Source of the DNA: Octopus vulgaris
Lineage: Eukaryota
Assembly: GCA_951406725.2 (NCBI GenBank)
Contig: OX597841.1
Location: forward strand, 6,200,001-6,264,000
DNA: 64,000 nt
Direction: 5' to 3'
The position numbers and the translations under genes were made by a program. The notes beneath the pieces were generated by a model that was given only the letters and a program-made list of their open reading frames with translations, was not told the origin of the DNA and searched no databases. Shown piece after piece: positions 1 to 12,530 of the stretch (positions within the stretch are counted from its first letter, which is position 1; the number at the start of each line of letters is the position of its first letter).

Positions 1-150
1 TTAGTTGAGCTCAACTAATTCGAAACATGTGCTTTAGGCGGTGTCACTGATATTCTTTCCCCTCGTCTAAACGTTACCGGTGACATATACTCAAAATCCC
101 CAACACATAATGTAACAGAAGTCCAATTATATTAATTTACGTTTGTAATT
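1..150 (-). promoter_or_regulatory. Conserved upstream block of the ZF family, implying another minus-strand paralog left of the window
   Basis: Similar to 4641-4750 (upstream of ZF1) and to blocks upstream of other copies (GGTGTC..GAT..CCGGTGACA..AAAATCCCCA). Confidence 0.5.
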
Positions 151-425
151 ATATGCAACATAAGGCGGCGAACTGGCAACGTATTGTAACGTAACGGTGA
201 ATAAATGTTTCCTTAAAACTTCATGCATTGTCCATCTGGTAATTACATAAGTCCAGAACGGTGAGCCCACCCAAAGACTTGTAAGTAGATAGGACAGATG
301 GAAACTGAAGGAAGCCCATCGTGTATGTATGTCTGTTTCACATGGTATGGTACTCGTGTCACCAGTATACAACTTGCTGTTATAACAACAAATTTTTATC
401 ATTACAACTGTTGACGCCGACAGTT

Positions 426-838
426 GGATCTTTTCGGTTTGACCGGCAGATTTTTAAAATAATTTCTAGGTAACTAAACACTTTTAAACTTCGTATACTG
501 GTAGAATGTGTTTTTAAAACATCTTTTTCTCTTGGCTTTATTGAGAAAATTCTATAGTTTGTAAGATATTTGTTGTTTTTTTTCTTCAATTTCTGCAATT
601 TCAACCAATCAATGACGTCCATTGAAGTAAAAATCATTCTGTGCCGTATGAATATGTCCCTCGTTTAAGAAACGGATTGGGTTTATTTACATTTCTGAAG
701 AAAAAAAGATACCCTTCCCCCCACCCCTAAATCTAAAACAGATTGAAATGCAATAGATCGATACTAGGGTCATAATTATGGGTGACAATTTCATATGTCA
801 CCGCTAGAAAAAACTGCCGTTCAAACCGAAAAGGATCG
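426..838. mobile_element. MITE with GGATCTTTTCGGTTTGA(A/C)CGGCAG terminal inverted repeats
   Basis: Left end ggatcttttcggtttgaccggcagatttt; right end aaaaactgccgttcaaaccgaaaaggatc. Related arms at 4911-5150, 13051-13290 and 42755-43165. Confidence 0.65.
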
Positions 839-1015
839 TTAGCCCCTACACGCAAATTTTTTCTCTCCTTGTTTCTTTTCTGTGTATCTTTCTGTCGAAG
901 AGCGTAGGCTCGAAACATAAAAGACTTTTTCTATTCCTGAGCGCTATACTAATACAATTGTTTGTTTGTACTCCACCTGCCTTCGTCTTTTGTTTATTTT
1001 CGTAAACCTTCCCGT

Positions 1016-1044
<29 letters not shown>

Positions 1045-1046
<2 letters not shown>

Positions 1047-1548
1047 CATCATCATCATCGTTTAACGTCTGCTTTCCATGCTAGCATGGGTTGGACGGTT
1101 CAACTGGAGTCTGGGAAGCCAGAAGGCTGCACCAGGCCCAGTCTGATCTGGCAGTGTTTCTACAGCTGGATGCCCTTCCTAACGCCAACCACTCCGAGAG
1201 TGTAGTGGGTGCTTTTTATGTGCCACCGACACAGGTGCCAGACGAGGCTGGCGAACGGCCACGCTTGGATGGTGTTTTTTATGTGCCACCGACACAGGTG
1301 CCAGACGAGGCTGGCGAACGGCCACGCTTGGATGGTGCTTTTTATGTGCCACTGACACAGGTGCCAGACGAGGCTGGCGAACAGCCACGCTTGGATGGTG
1401 CTTTTTATGTGCCACCGACACAGGTGCCAGACGAGGCTGGCGAACAGCCACGCCTGGATGGTGCTTTTTATGTGCCACCGACACAGGTGCCAGACGAGGC
1501 TGGCGAACAGCCACGCTTGGATGGTGCTTTTTATGTGCCACCGACACA
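1045..1548 (-). mobile_element. 5'-truncated RTE LINE 3' end with a 63-bp minisatellite (~5.5 units)
   Basis: Matches the 3' UTR of the LINE at 52298-55424, including the (GAT)n tail and the 63-bp unit. Confidence 0.8.
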
Positions 1549-3137
1549 AAGGCCAATGTATATATATATATATATGTATATATTAATAAAGTAGAGAGTC
1601 CAAGTGATTTATCTTTGTTACTCATTATAAATGTTATGCCTTTCAACCAGGTGGTCATGGTGTATTCTCATTTTCATTACCATTTTATCCTAGCATTACT
1701 GGATTACACATAATACTTTCTTTTCAATGTCCGTTGTCAACTTACCTGTAATATTTGCTCTTCCCGGTTCCAATCTGTCCCTTCCAGGTTTTCTTTAATC
1801 AAATTTTACTCTTTCTCTACCTTTCACTACCATTTCACAAAACTTCCTTTGTTCACATTTATATCAATTATACAACTCAGACACTGGCCGGGTACCCATG
1901 TACCCATGTGAAAAAAAAAAAACCTATGTTTTGGTGGATTTCAATACAAACATACCTACGACATTTATGAAATATTAAGAAGTATTTATTGTCGAAAATA
2001 ACAAAATGAAGAATAATGAGTGAATTACTGACAATAAAACATTGAAAATATTAAAATCAGTTCTTTATAATATTTGCAGAGGGATAAAAATAATTTGCTT
2101 TTTCGCTTGTGATTTTGGCATTTTTATTTAAATACTTATACAAACATTAGCATCTTTAATCATGGACGTATTTCAATAATGCCTCTGTCATTATTGATAG
2201 CTGGTAATTACATAAGTCCAGAACGGTGAGCCCACCCAAAGACTTGTAAGTAGATAGGACAGATGGAAACTGAAGGAAGCCCATCGTGTATGTATGTCTG
2301 TTTCACATGGTATGGTACTCGTGTCACCAGTAAACAAAAAGTGGCCTCCATCAAAATATTACCAATCTGGGGCAAATCCTCATCATGCCTCCAGCGTTAG
2401 TGACGGCTTGGTTATGCTTAGTATTTGCATAAGATCAGAAGAGTGAGTCTATCCAAAGACTTGTGAGTAGATAAGACATGGAAACCGAAGGAAGCCCATC
2501 GATTATGTGCGTCTATTTCACTTTTAATAGAATGGTAGTTGTGTCACCGATATGCAAAAAGTATCCTTCATCAAAATACTACCAATCAGGGGCAAATCAT
2601 CATCATTTAGAATCCGTCGTCCATGCTGGCATGGGTTGGGCTGTTTGACCAGGGTTGGAAACCTGGAAGGCAGCACCAGACCCCAGTCTGACTTTGGCAT
2701 GGTTTCTCTGGCCTGATGCCCTTCCCAACACCAACCACTCTGAGAATGTAATGAATTGGGAAGAGTGTCACGTGACCACAGTGATTGACTCAACAAACCC
2801 TATCTGACCCAGTCAAGTGTGAAAATGTGGAAGTTAAAATACTGAAGATCGTCTCTCATGATTCATGAAATTGTGTCTCAGCCAAAGAATTAACAGTGAA
2901 CAGATCATCCTCTTGATGGTATTTGTGGATTAGAAGAAGAGAAGAATGATTTCTAACATGTTTCACCATTTCACGTTGGCATTAGGAAGGGCATCCAGCG
3001 AGAGAAACCAGGGCCAAAACAGACAACTGGTGCAGCTCTCCAGTAAAACCGTCCAACCCATGCCAGCATGGAAAATGTGATGTTAAATATTGATGACTAT
3101 TCCCTGTCATAAAATGTTCTCCAAAGAAAAGGGTTCA

Positions 3138-4440
3138 TCATATCTTACAGTTGAAAGGTTTCCCTCCAGAATGAATCTTTTTCTCATTAATTCACTACAA
3201 GACACAATAAATTTCTTACATCTTTCACAGTGGAATTCTATTTCCTCCTGTGTGACGACATTTGTGGTCAATTAGGCTACCACTCTGAGTAAAAGATTTT
3301 CCACATCTTTCACAGTGGAAGGGTCTTTCTCCAGTGTGGACGATATTTGTGGTGCAATTCAGGGTACTACTCTGAGGAAAAGATTTCCCACATAATTCAC
3401 AGTGGAATCGTTTCTCCCCAGATATTTGTGTCAATTCGTCTATGAACTCCAACTTGAAACTTATGAAGATAATTCTTTCCCATATATTTCCACAATTATT
3501 CTCTTTTATTCCAGAGTGTATTTTCTTATGGCGTGCACAAGAAGATTGATCAGAGAAGGATTTACCACACGTTTCACACTGGAAGGGTTTTTCCCCTGTA
3601 TGGACCCTTTTATGTCTGTCTAAATCACTATTAGAGACAAAACATTTCCCACAGATTTCACAAGGAAAACGTTTTTCCCCAGTGTGTACAATTTTGTGTG
3701 TTCTTAATGTACTCCTAGAACCAAATGATTCTCCACAGATTTCACAGTGGGAACGGTTTTTCCCCAGTGTGTGTTTTTATGTGTGTTATTAAAACTCTAT
3801 TTGTGACAAAAGATTTCTTACACAATTTACACTGGAATGGTTTCTCTCCTGTGTGACTACGTTTGTGAACCACAACATAAACATTCTTATTAAAAGACTT
3901 TCCACATATTTCACAATGGAAAGGCTTTTCCCCTGTGTGTATTGTTAAGACACTGCTAGAAACGAAAGATTTTCCACATATTTCACATCGGAATGGTTTC
4001 TCTCCAGTGTGACAACGTTTGTGAATTACAACAGAGGCAGAATCAGCAAAAGATTTCCCACAGATTTCACATTGGTATGGTTTCTCTCCTGTGTGACGAC
4101 GTTTGTGTCCAATGAGAGTAGAACTCTGAGCAAAAGATTTTCCACAAATTTCACAGTGGAAAGGTTTTTCCCCAGTGTGACTACGTTTGTGAGCTTCGAG
4201 ATCATAATTTCTGTGAAATGATTTCCCACAGATTTCACAACGGAACCGTTTCTTCTTCTTGTGTATTTCTTCATGTGAGAAGACTTCATCTTCTGAAGAG
4301 AATTTCTTCCTACAAATCTCACAGTGATATTCAGCAACACTTTTGTCTTCAGCTTCCTCATCTCTCTCTGTCTCTTCAACTGCATCTCCGTTCTCAAAAA
4401 CAGTCGTCTTACAAGTGTCCAAGAGATTAACGTTCTCCAT
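3138..4440 (-). pseudogene. C2H2 zinc-finger gene copy 1 (ZF1), frameshifted and degenerate in its 3' half
   Basis: ORF 3742-4440 has the family start MENVNLLDT and CxxC..HxxxH/TGEKP repeats. A +1 frameshift near 3750 (CCGTTCCCACTGT versus CCGTTCCACTGT) is followed by further broken fingers down to the family-type ending (SGGKPFNCKI*) at 3138. A finger is also shortened (VLTIHTGEK). Some indels could be sequencing errors. Confidence 0.85.
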
Positions 4441-4502
4441 ATGAATTCTTGGGGAATTCTTAAAAAGTAGACAAATGCTCGGTTTCTTATCGTTGATATC
4501 AA

Positions 4503-4586
4503 AGGCGGCGAGCTGGCAGAAAGGTTAGCACGCCGGGCGAAATGCTTAGTGGTATTTCGTCTGCCGCTACGTTCTGAGTTCAAATT
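4503..4586 (+). mobile_element. tRNA-derived SINE head (family B), truncated
   Basis: GGCGGCGAGCTGGCAGAA...GAGTTCAAAT with A/B-box-like motifs; longer copies at 39558-39792 and 37895-38341. Confidence 0.7.
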
Positions 4587-4910
4587 TCAATTTAAAAAGA
4601 AATAATCACAATTCGATGATTTCGATTCGAAAGACGAGCAATAGGCGGTGTCGTTGATAAGCTTTCCCCTAGTGTAAACGATACCGGTGACATATATTAA
4701 AAATCCCCAACATAATATAACACACGCCCAATTACATTAATTTACGTTATTGATTGTATCCAGCATCACACAACACAATTTCATGTAGACAGGAGTGAGC
4801 TTCGACGTGGTCTTTCGACCTTGTAGAAATAACAGCTAAGTCTCAAATAGATTACATCATTCTGACTTAACAAAACAAAGGAGACATTCTACAGTGCGGT
4901 CTTCGACAAA

Positions 4911-5150
4911 TAATTGTTGTTGACACACTACGGCAGAAATTGTATTCACCTTAATAGACGTCATTGATTGGTTGATATTGCTGAAATGCAAGAGATTAAA
5001 CAACAAATAGCTTACAAACTACAGAATTTTCTCAAAAGAGCCGAGAGAAAAAAATGTTTTAGGTAACACACTTCCGGTATACGAAGTTTTAAAGTATTTA
5101 GTTACAAAAAAATTATTTTAAAAATCTGCCGGTCAAAATGAAAAGATCCA
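4911..5150. mobile_element. One arm of the GATC-terminal foldback MITE
   Basis: Reverse-complement similar to 13051-13290 and to 426-640; ends in AAAAGATCCA. Confidence 0.65.
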
Positions 5151-5387
5151 TTATTTCTATATTTTATGCAAACAAAATGCACAAGAAAGCTACACGTTTG
5201 CATTATGTTATATATACAATAACAATAAAGGATGTTACCGTATACATTTCTACAAACCAAGGACGTTATATGGACCTCCTTGACTCAAGTCAGAGAAGGG
5301 GTGCGTATTATACACAAGGTTTAGGTTTTTCAGAGGTACAGACCCCTAAAAATCCCCTGGGCGGACTATACTCGAGGATTTACGGTA
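5151..5387 (+). mobile_element. Right part of a CCGTA-terminal (Tc2/pogo-like) MITE, hybrid of two variants
   Basis: Ends TATACTCGAGGATTTACGG-TA; 5292-5387 matches the reverse complement of the copy at 31443-31870. Confidence 0.8.
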
Positions 5388-5756
5388 CATTGCTATAATA
5401 TCCGAAGCGTACTCATTTCCAGTTGAAAACTATATTCTAACCAAACGTTTATTTTTGAGTGGGGATTTTTATTTTCGTCACCGCTTATATTCAAACAAGG
5501 GAAAAAGTATCATCGACACCGTCTACCGTGTTTCTAATTTTCTTAATTAAATCTAATTAAATCATTCGTAGTAATTATCTCATGTTGAGGTGAACGTTAC
5601 CGTTTGCGGATAAGACAGGGCTACGAACAAGTCTGGTTTTTAGGGGTTCGTTCGACCCAACTCGACAAAACCAAAGCAAACATTCCACTGTCCCAGATTA
5701 ATTATTTCATTTGATCAAAGCTTTAAATCGTTAATTGGTTTTCCCCTATTTTACAG

Positions 5757-5855
5757 AAAAGGAGGAAATGGCTTTTAATCAACAACAAATCAATCAACGA
5801 ACTTTCTTCAGCCTTCTCCACTCTTCATTTGGACTTTATACCAAACATTCTACTG
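5757..5855 (+). other. Conserved upstream mini-exon of ZF2
   Basis: TATTTTACAG acceptor and CTG|GTGAGT donor; homologous sequence precedes ZF3-ZF9. Confidence 0.65.
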
Positions 5856-5994
5856 GTGAGTAGGAAATACATCTACATTGCATCTGTTCCACACTTGTAA
5901 ACGGAGGACTGTGATATCTAAGACAAGAAATTGAACCATAACAGATTAACGCACGGACGTTTGTCTACTTTTTAAGAATTGCTCAAGAAATAAT

Positions 5995-8900
5995 ATGGAG
6001 ACCGTTGATCACTTGGACACAATTGTTTTGAACGATACAGATACAGATAGAGAGACAGACGGGGATGAGAAAACTGTTAATGGTGAAGTATTTACTAAAG
6101 AAAGATCGAGACAGGGAAATATCACCGAATATAAATGTGATGTTTGTAGGAAGACATTCTCTTCGGAGCAAGAAGTCTTTAAACACAAAGAAATACACAA
6201 TAAGGAAAAAGCCTATAATTGTGAAATATGTGGGAAGAATTTTGTCTCTGAAGATGTCTTAACGAAACACAAACGGATACACACTGGAGCAAGATTGTTC
6301 CATTGTGAGATCTGTGGAAAATCATTCATTAACAATTCTGATCTTGTTCTACACACTCGTAGTCACACTGGGGAGAAACCATTCAAGTGTGAAATTTGTG
6401 CAAAATCATTTGTCTCAAAAAGTAGGCTAAAAATTCACAAAAGAATCCACTCTGGAGGAAAATTATTTCATTGTGAAATTTGTCAGAAATATTTTCTATT
6501 TAACAGTGATTTAAACAGACATAAACGAATCCATAGTGGTGAGAAACCGTTTAGTTGTGAGATCTGCGGGAGATCATTTCTTAACAATTCTCATCTTGCA
6601 ACACACACACGTCGTCACACTGGGGAGAAACCATTCAAGTGTGAGATATGTGCAAAATCATTTATCTGTAAAAGTGAGCTAACATTTCACAAAAGACTCC
6701 ACACTGGAGAAAAATTACTCCATTGTGAAATATGTCCGAAATATTTTCGTTTTAACTGTGATTTAAACAGACATTTAAGAACACATTCAAGTGAAAAACC
6801 ATTCCACTGTGAAACGTGTGGGAAAAGCTTTACTGATAACAGTGGCTTAACGAAACACAAAGGAATCCACACTGGAGCAAGACTGTTTCATTGTGAGATC
6901 TGTGGAAAATCGTTTCAATGCAATTCTCATCTTGCAATACACACTCGTAGTCACACTGGGGAAAAACCATTCAAGTGTGAAATATGTGCGAAATCATTTG
7001 TCTGTAAAAGTGTACTACACAGACATAAAAGGATCCACTCTGATGAGAAACCCTTCAGTTGTGAGATCTGCGGGAAATCATATATTAACAATTCTGATCT
7101 TATTCTACACACTCGTAATCACACTGGGGAGAAACCATTCAAGTGTGAAATCTGTGCAAAATCATTTGTCTGTAAAAGTGAACTAAACAAACATAAAAGG
7201 ATCCACTCTGATGAGAAACCCTTCAGTTGTGAGATCTGTGGAAAATCGTTTCTTTGCAATTCTCATCTTGCAATACACACTCGTAGTCACACTGGGGAGA
7301 AACCATTCAAGTGTGAAATATGTGCAAAATCATTTGTCTGTAAAAGTGAATTAAACAAACATAAAAGGATCCACTCTGATGGGAAACACTTCAGTTGTGA
7401 GATCTGCGGGAAATCATTTCTTAGAAATTCTGAACTTTCAGTACACACACGTCGTCACACTGGGGAGAAACCATTCAAGTGTGAAATATGTGCAAAATCA
7501 TTTGTCTGTAAAAGTGAACTAATCAAACATAAAAAGATCCGCTCTGATGAGAAACCGTTTAGTTGTGAGATCTGCGGGAAATCATATATTAACAATACTG
7601 ATCTTGTCCTACACACACGTCGTCACACTGGGGAAAAACCATTCAAGTGTGAAATATGTGCAAAATCATTTGTCTGTAAAAGTGTACTAACAGCTCACAA
7701 AAGGATCCACTCTGATGAGAAACCCTTCAGTTGTGAGATCTGCGGGAAATCATTTCTTAGAAATTCTGATCTTGTTCGACACACACGTAGTCACACTGGG
7801 GAAAAACCATTCAAGTGTGAAATATGTGCAAAATCATTTGTCCGTAACAGTGTTTTAAACAGCCATAAAAGAATCCACTCTGATGAGAAACCCTTCAGTT
7901 GTGAGATCTGAGGGAAATCATTTCTTAGAAATTCTGATCTTGTTCTACACACATGTCGTCACACTGGGGAGAAACCATTCAAGTGTGAAATATGTGCAAA
8001 ATCATTTGTCTGTAAAAGTGTACTAACAGCTCACAAAAGGATCCACACTGATGAGAAACCCTTCAGTTGTGAGATCTGCGGGAAATCATTTCTTAGAAAT
8101 TCTGATCTTGTTCTACACACTCATAGTCACACTGGGGAAAAACCATTCAAGTGTGAAATATGTCAGAAATCATTTGTTTGTAAAAGTGTACTAACAGCTC
8201 ACAAAAGAATCCACTCTGATGAGAAACCGTTCAGTTGTGAGATTTGCGGGAAATCATTTCTTAACAATTCTGATCTTGTTCTACACACATGTCGTCACAC
8301 TGGGGAGAAACTATTCAAGTGTGAGATATGTTGTAAATCATTTATCTCTCATTATCGACTAAAAATTCACAAAAGACTCCACACTGGAGCAAGACTGTTT
8401 CATTGTGAGATCTGTGGAAAATATTTTCTCTCCAATTATGCTTTAAACAGGCATAAACAAACACATACAGGGGAGAAGCCTCACCATTGTGAGGTGTGTG
8501 GAAAAAGTTTCACTCAAGCCTCTCATCTTGCAGTTCACAAACGGATCCACACAGGAGAAAGACCTTTCCACTGCAGGGTTTGTGGCAAATCTTATAATAC
8601 AAATTTTACTCTTGTTCTTCACTTACGTAGTCACACAGGTGAAAGACCTTTCCATTGTGAAATCTGTGGTAAATCCTTCTCTAATAATTCTTCTCTTGTA
8701 GTTCACAAACGAACTCACACTGGAGATAAACCTTTCCATTGTGGAATATGTGGAAAGTCTTTTGTCAGGAGCAGCCACTTAAACACACACAAATTTATTC
8801 ACTCTAGAGGAAAAAGGTTTCACTGTGATATGTGCGGGAAATGGTTCACTCTTAATTCTACGCTTGTCATTCATAAACGAATTCACACCGGAGAAAAGCC

Positions 8901-9673
8901 TTATTGTTGTGATATATGTGGCTCATTGTTTGTCTCTCGCAGTAACTTAACGAAGCACGAACGAGTCCATACAGGAGACAAACCATTTGGCTGTGAAATA
9001 TGTGGAAAATCTTTTGTTTGTAGCAGTGACTTAACGAGGCATAGAAGGGTCCATACTGGGGAAAAACCTTTCCACTGTGAAATATGTGGAAAATCTTTTT
9101 CTCAGAATCCTCATCTTGTGATTCACAAACGTGGCCACACTGGAGAAAAGCCGTTCCAGTGAAATGTGTGGGACATCATTTGTGTCTAGCACTACCTTAA
9201 CACAACACAAAAGGATACACTCAAAAGAGAAAGCATTTGGCTGTGAAATATGTGGGGAATCTTTTGTTTGTAGCAGTAAATTAACGAGGCATAAAAGACT
9301 GCATTCTGAACAGAAACGCTTCCACTGTGAAATGTGTGGAAAATCTTTTACTCTGAATTCTCGTCTTGTAATTCACAAACGTCATCACACTGGAGAGAAG
9401 CCATTCCACTGTGAATTCTGTGGGACATCGTTTGTGTCTGAGAGTGGCTTAACAAAACACAAAAGGATACATAAAGTTGAAGGACGTTTTTTTTGTGAAG
9501 TCTGTGGGAAATGTTTTGCATATAACAGTAACTTAACAGAACACAAAAGGGTCCATGCAGGGGAACAACGTTTTCCTTGTGCAATCTGTGGGAAATGTTT
9601 TGCATATAACAGTAACTTAACAGAACACAAAAGGATTCACTCTGGAGGGAAACCTTTTAACAGTGGCATATGA
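5995..9673 (+). pseudogene. Chimeric C2H2 zinc-finger gene (ZF2), about 42 finger units, with premature stop and frameshift
   Basis: The 84-nt finger periodicity is continuous from ~6130 to ~9640. TGA at 7909-7911 replaces a Cys codon and the frame stays open after it. A 2-nt deletion near 9158 is seen against the paralog 34473-36893. The upstream acceptor AG is changed to GG (5955-5956). Confidence 0.88.
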
Positions 9674-12530
9674 TAAATCCTTAAAAACTTGCCAGGAATG
9701 GGACCAAAACATAAGAAAACAAGATCGGTTCGAGACGAAATCGTTAGTAAATGAATGAAGGACAAAATAATGAGCAGAATAAAGGTTTAGGGCCCCAGGA
9801 AAACAAGGATTAAATGAAAATAGTCGATAGAGAGCAAGAAAAGCCTTTGGGCTGCTGGACAAGACAAGAATGGGGAATGCGAAAGAGAAATGAAAACTTG
9901 TAAAGGACAATGAACACTGGGTCGGTAGAGCAAGGAGCTCAAAAAATTGTGACCAGTGCGGACGAGGGCAACGCGTAAAAAGAATGACCACTGCCTCAGG
10001 CAATCACCAATCACATTCTCAAGCAGTAATGTAATTAGATAGAGATCGTTATGGCCAGTGTCATAGGCCACCGGCTGTTAGTGTCTGAAGGGGTGGTGTA
10101 GTGCTGTGTATTTTCTGGATGCAGAACCCTGGGTAACCCCATAGAACAGCCATAACTATCTTCATCTAATATATATGTATGTGTGTAAATAGGTTTCTTT
10201 GTGTCTGCATCTGGCAAGTTATCTAACGCCTTTCCTCAGTCTGGTATAATAATATAGATCAGACTGGAGCCTGGTGCAGCCTCCTGGCTTCCCAGACCCT
10301 GGTCGAACTGTCCAACCCATGCTAGCATGGAAAACGGACATTAAATGATGATGATATTTATGTGTGTGTGTATAATTTCAGTAAATCATGAATAGAAAAG
10401 AGAAGTATACTCCAAGTCATAGAGCAATAGAGTAATTAGACAAAGGTAGTTATGGGCAGTGTATGGTTTTACACAGGGATTTGAGTGCATGAAGGGCTTA
10501 GCTTTACAGCATCTCTTCAGAAATTTATGGTTGGTCACCAGGGGCATAAGCTGTTACGATCTGACAACTGCTCTAAAACTAAGCCCAGAGGCCAGCCACA
10601 ACTATCTTTATCTAATATACATGTTTCTTTCTGTTTGCATCTCACAAGTTCTTTTCTCCGTCTGCTATAATAATATAGAACACTTGTCCAAGACATCTCA
10701 TAGTGGGACTGAAACCGATATCAACATGGTATGGTTTAGAAAAGTGTCTAAATTCTGTAATGGTGGTCATGTTGGAATATGAAACCAACAGCTGGAGAGA
10801 GATTCGTCCAAGTGAAACCTTTTCACTTTACCTCGTCTATCAATAATTTTTAATTAAAACCACAGGAAATTCAAAATCATTTTAAATAAAAATTTATTCT
10901 TTATATTCCTTAGACCAGCATAAAACCACAAATTATTCAATGATGAAATCAGAAACAAGCAAAGAACATTCACTGTAAAAAGCAGACTTTCCTTTTCTTT
11001 CTGTTAATAATTCAGATCCAGCAAAAACAGAAATCACTGAGAAATTTAGGCAAAACTTTATCATTGAAATTTGTGAGGAAATATTTTTTGGTCAATTTAA
11101 AATATTTTGTTAAAAATGTCCTGAATTTTGAAATTAAAATCCTTTCATTTTAATAATTTGTTGCATTATATTTTCTGGTCAGTTGATGTGATTCTTTCCA
11201 TTTTGATTCTTGAGTGAAAAACTTTCTTTTATTAAACAACATAAAACCACGTTTGCACTGCCAACTCCCTTATAATCAGGGGCTGTATTGTTCCCCTTCC
11301 AATCGAGGCTGCAGGTTTCTGCTTTCCAATCTTCATTTCTACTCCCTGATCTTTTATTCTTTGTTGCAGTCATTTTCCTGACAGCTATGAGGAAACAATG
11401 TCTGTAGGGGCAGGTGAAGGTGTACATTTGTACAGGTAAGCCTATATCAGTGGGGGAAGTTATTAAAGTACATACTATTAACAATAAAAATTTGCACAAT
11501 GACTTCTGAGTGCAACCTATGGCAACGGTTCACCTGCCCTCAGCATCTCTCTCTCCCTCCAACTCCGTTTCTGGCTTAAGTTTCCGTCTGCCGGCCTGAG
11601 CGATGTGGAACACATTGCATTTTATGAAATGGAAGTCAAGATTTGAATGGACTTACAAATACGAAAGACAAAAAGAACAACGAAGCAGAGATGCTTTTAT
11701 AGAAAGCGAGTGGAATATCTGTTGGATGTCTTGCAAACTACTTGCACATGCAAGAGCTACCAGTTAAAAGCTCCGTATACCGGAAGCTAGCAAGTGTATG
11801 GGGTCATCAGGAGAGAATGCGCGCCGTTTTGGGGCCTACCTCTCGACGGCCCCCCCTCACCGATATGAGGCCCCGCTTGCTAGATCAGCTGGTTATGAAG
11901 TTAAACTCAACATCCTTCTAGCCATCGCTCATCGTCTCTTTTTAACCAAATCCAGTGGCTAGCCTTCTCCATTTCGGGGCCTACTTCTCGACGGCATCAA
12001 TGCGCACTGCCCCCCACCTCACTGATATGAGGCCCCGCTTGCTAGATCAGCTGGTTATGAAGTTAAGCTCAATATCCTTCTAGCCATCACTCATCGTCTC
12101 TTTTTAACCAAATCCAGTGGCTAGCCTTCTCCACCGTAGATTAGAAAAGCATTTATGAGAGACAAACGCGAAAAATAAAGAAAACGATTCAAGCTCGTGT
12201 GGAATGATTTGAACGTATAAAACTTGTAAACAGAAACAAATTGGACAGCTTCAAAAGCTAGAATCACTTACAGAAAAAGAAGTTTATATATATGTAAATA
12301 TATAAACAAAGTTACGTAGCATATTGTAGAAGGGGTGAAGAAATGTTACTGGCTTTAGGAAAAGAAAGTACAAGTGGATCAGTTATTTAGGATTTTATTC
12401 AACGTCCCCTTCTCACATTCATTCAGTGTAGCCGATCTTCAGTTTTTCTAGGTCATCTAAAAGAACTCGGAAGGTGGGGCCTGAAACCAGGCCTTCCGCC
12501 ACCCACTTAAAGTCGGGAGCTGCCCTCATA

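Noticed and set aside
1091-1658. Repetitive ORFs and a CRISPR-like look (also 52340-53019)
   Set aside because: Contiguous 63-bp tandem units with no unique spacers, inside a LINE 3' UTR; eukaryotic context with no cas genes.
5983-7186. Antisense and alternate-frame ORFs overlapping the ZF genes
   Set aside because: By-products of the repetitive finger codon pattern.
11179-11499. Recurring ~106-aa ORF (also 24677, 32733, 42367)
   Set aside because: It recurs because the DNA block is duplicated; starts are non-ATG and inconsistent, and no domain is recognisable.
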